Below, one piece after another: positions 19,313 to 20,000 of a stretch of DNA of 20,000 nt (the stretch's first letter is position 1; every line of letters starts with the position of its first letter). This stretch comes from an uncultured virus (IMG/VR IMGVR_UViG_2579779073_000002). Lineage: Duplodnaviria > Heunggongvirae > Uroviricota > Caudoviricetes. The translations under genes were made by a program, and so were the position numbers. The notes beneath the pieces are model-generated. The model saw only the letters and a list, made by a program, of their open reading frames with translations, was not told the DNA's origin and made no database searches. Where the stretch lies: the IMG/VR virus record IMGVR_UViG_2579779073_000002; one strand, 5' to 3'.

Positions 19313-19338
19313 TATAGCTAATTAGATAACTACAATAC

Positions 19339-19367
19339 TTTACAGAATAGCAAGTAATAAGTATAAT
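19339..19367 (+). promoter_or_regulatory. Putative sigma-70-type promoter
   Basis: TTTACA 19339-19344, 17-nt spacer, TATAAT 19362-19367. Confidence 0.7.
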
Positions 19368-19373
19368 ATTAAT

Positions 19374-19448
19374 TGTCTCTAGTGTAGTTTCTGGATGATA
19401 GTTATAACTTGATTAATTCCCCTGCGCTTCGGCGTGGGGGAATTTTTT
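19374..19448 (+). ncRNA. Candidate small RNA D (~75 nt)
   Basis: Near-consensus promoter followed about 50 nt later by a terminator hairpin, with no RBS-led ORF in between. Confidence 0.6.
19415..19448 (+). terminator. Intrinsic terminator, near-copy of the one at 18914
   Basis: AATTCCCCTGCGC-TTCG-GCGTGGGGGAATT then Ts; GCTTCGGCGTGGGGGA is identical at 18922-18937 and 19426-19441. Confidence 0.88.
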
Positions 19449-19579
19449 GCGTAAAAAGCCGCCTGCTGTAAAGGTAGATGGCTAATACATAAGAGAAAGT
19501 ATCTCAGCGAAAAACGAAGCAAACAGATGCAATGTTAACACTTTGCCCTTTAGTAAAAAATGTAAAGTCATTTGTAAAA

Positions 19580-19619
19580 TCCCACACTAGCCTTAATTGG
19601 CTGGTGTGGGACTTTTTTT
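19580..19619 (+). terminator. Intrinsic terminator
   Basis: TCCCACACTAGCC-TTAATT-GGCTGGTGTGGGA-C-T7. Confidence 0.85.
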
Positions 19620-19824
19620 GTGTGTTTGAGATAATAAGTTGGTATATAATAGTGGATAAAGCAAAACATCAAAAAAAGGACCAATATTAAATTAATTTGT
19701 GCTCTTCCACGATTTGTAAATTAAAAATCTCTCTTTTTCAGAAATGGCTTATAAATGGCATTTATAGCGTGCTACCCTTGATGGTATAACTACCGTGCGG
19801 GTGATAAGTCGACGTCGGTAGATA

Positions 19825-19876
19825 AAAAGAGAAGCGTCATAATGCTGGTATATCAGCATTATGACGCTTCTCTTTT
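19825..19876. terminator. Long perfect inverted repeat, probable bidirectional terminator
   Basis: 23-bp perfect arms AAAAGAGAAGCGTCATAATGCTG / CAGCATTATGACGCTTCTCTTTT with a 6-nt loop. Confidence 0.75.
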
Positions 19877-20000
19877 GCTAATTGGTATCAAATTAAAACC
19901 CCAATTTTGCGTTTTGGCTGTTGTGATCACAACAGCACTGTTAAGCGCTCATAAAAAAGGGTTTTGGGATCGTGTCACAAGTAAGGGTCCTATGAATTAA

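Larger units (their letters stand above)
1..19806 (+). mobile_element. Siphovirus-type prophage: morphogenesis and lysis modules to the probable right end
   Basis: Canonical head, head-tail, tail, lysis gene order. The right boundary is uncertain and inferred only from a weak tRNA-3'-like fragment near 19793-19805. Confidence 0.9.

Noticed and set aside
18914..19448. CCCC...GTGGGGG hairpins as CRISPR type I-E-like repeats or RNA anti-CRISPRs
   Set aside because: Only two copies 504 nt apart, each with a UUCG loop and T tail, and lacking repeat-handle sequence. They are better explained as terminators.
19618..19740. A further + strand sRNA from TATAAT at 19645-19650
   Set aside because: The nearest TTGAGA is only 13 nt away and no convincing terminator hairpin follows; too weak to call.
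19938..19953. CcpA cre site (TGTTAAGCGCTCATA)
   Set aside because: The AAGCGCT core is present but the flanks do not align with TGWNANCGNTNWCA.

Overview
Late-gene half and right-hand end of a temperate siphovirus-type prophage from a lactic acid bacterium. Gene order and protein style are most like Lactiplantibacillus plantarum prophages; this is recalled similarity, not a database result. All genes are on the + strand: 3' end of a head-associated gene, major capsid, head-tail joining genes, major tail protein, tail assembly chaperones (putative -1 frameshift pair), a ~1943-aa tape measure protein split only by one ambiguous N, a small distal-tail protein, a 1792-aa tail/host-specificity protein, two small conserved ORFs, a GH25-SH3-LysM endolysin whose signal-peptide segment is out of frame by one base, and two membrane/holin-type genes. 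The last ~1.1 kb has no credible protein gene but is dense in sigma-70-type promoter and intrinsic-terminator motifs on both strands. It suggests a cluster of prophage small RNAs, including one convergent antisense pair, followed by a possible attR and host sequence. The small-RNA cluster is the best candidate for an undescribed system, but it rests on motifs read by eye.
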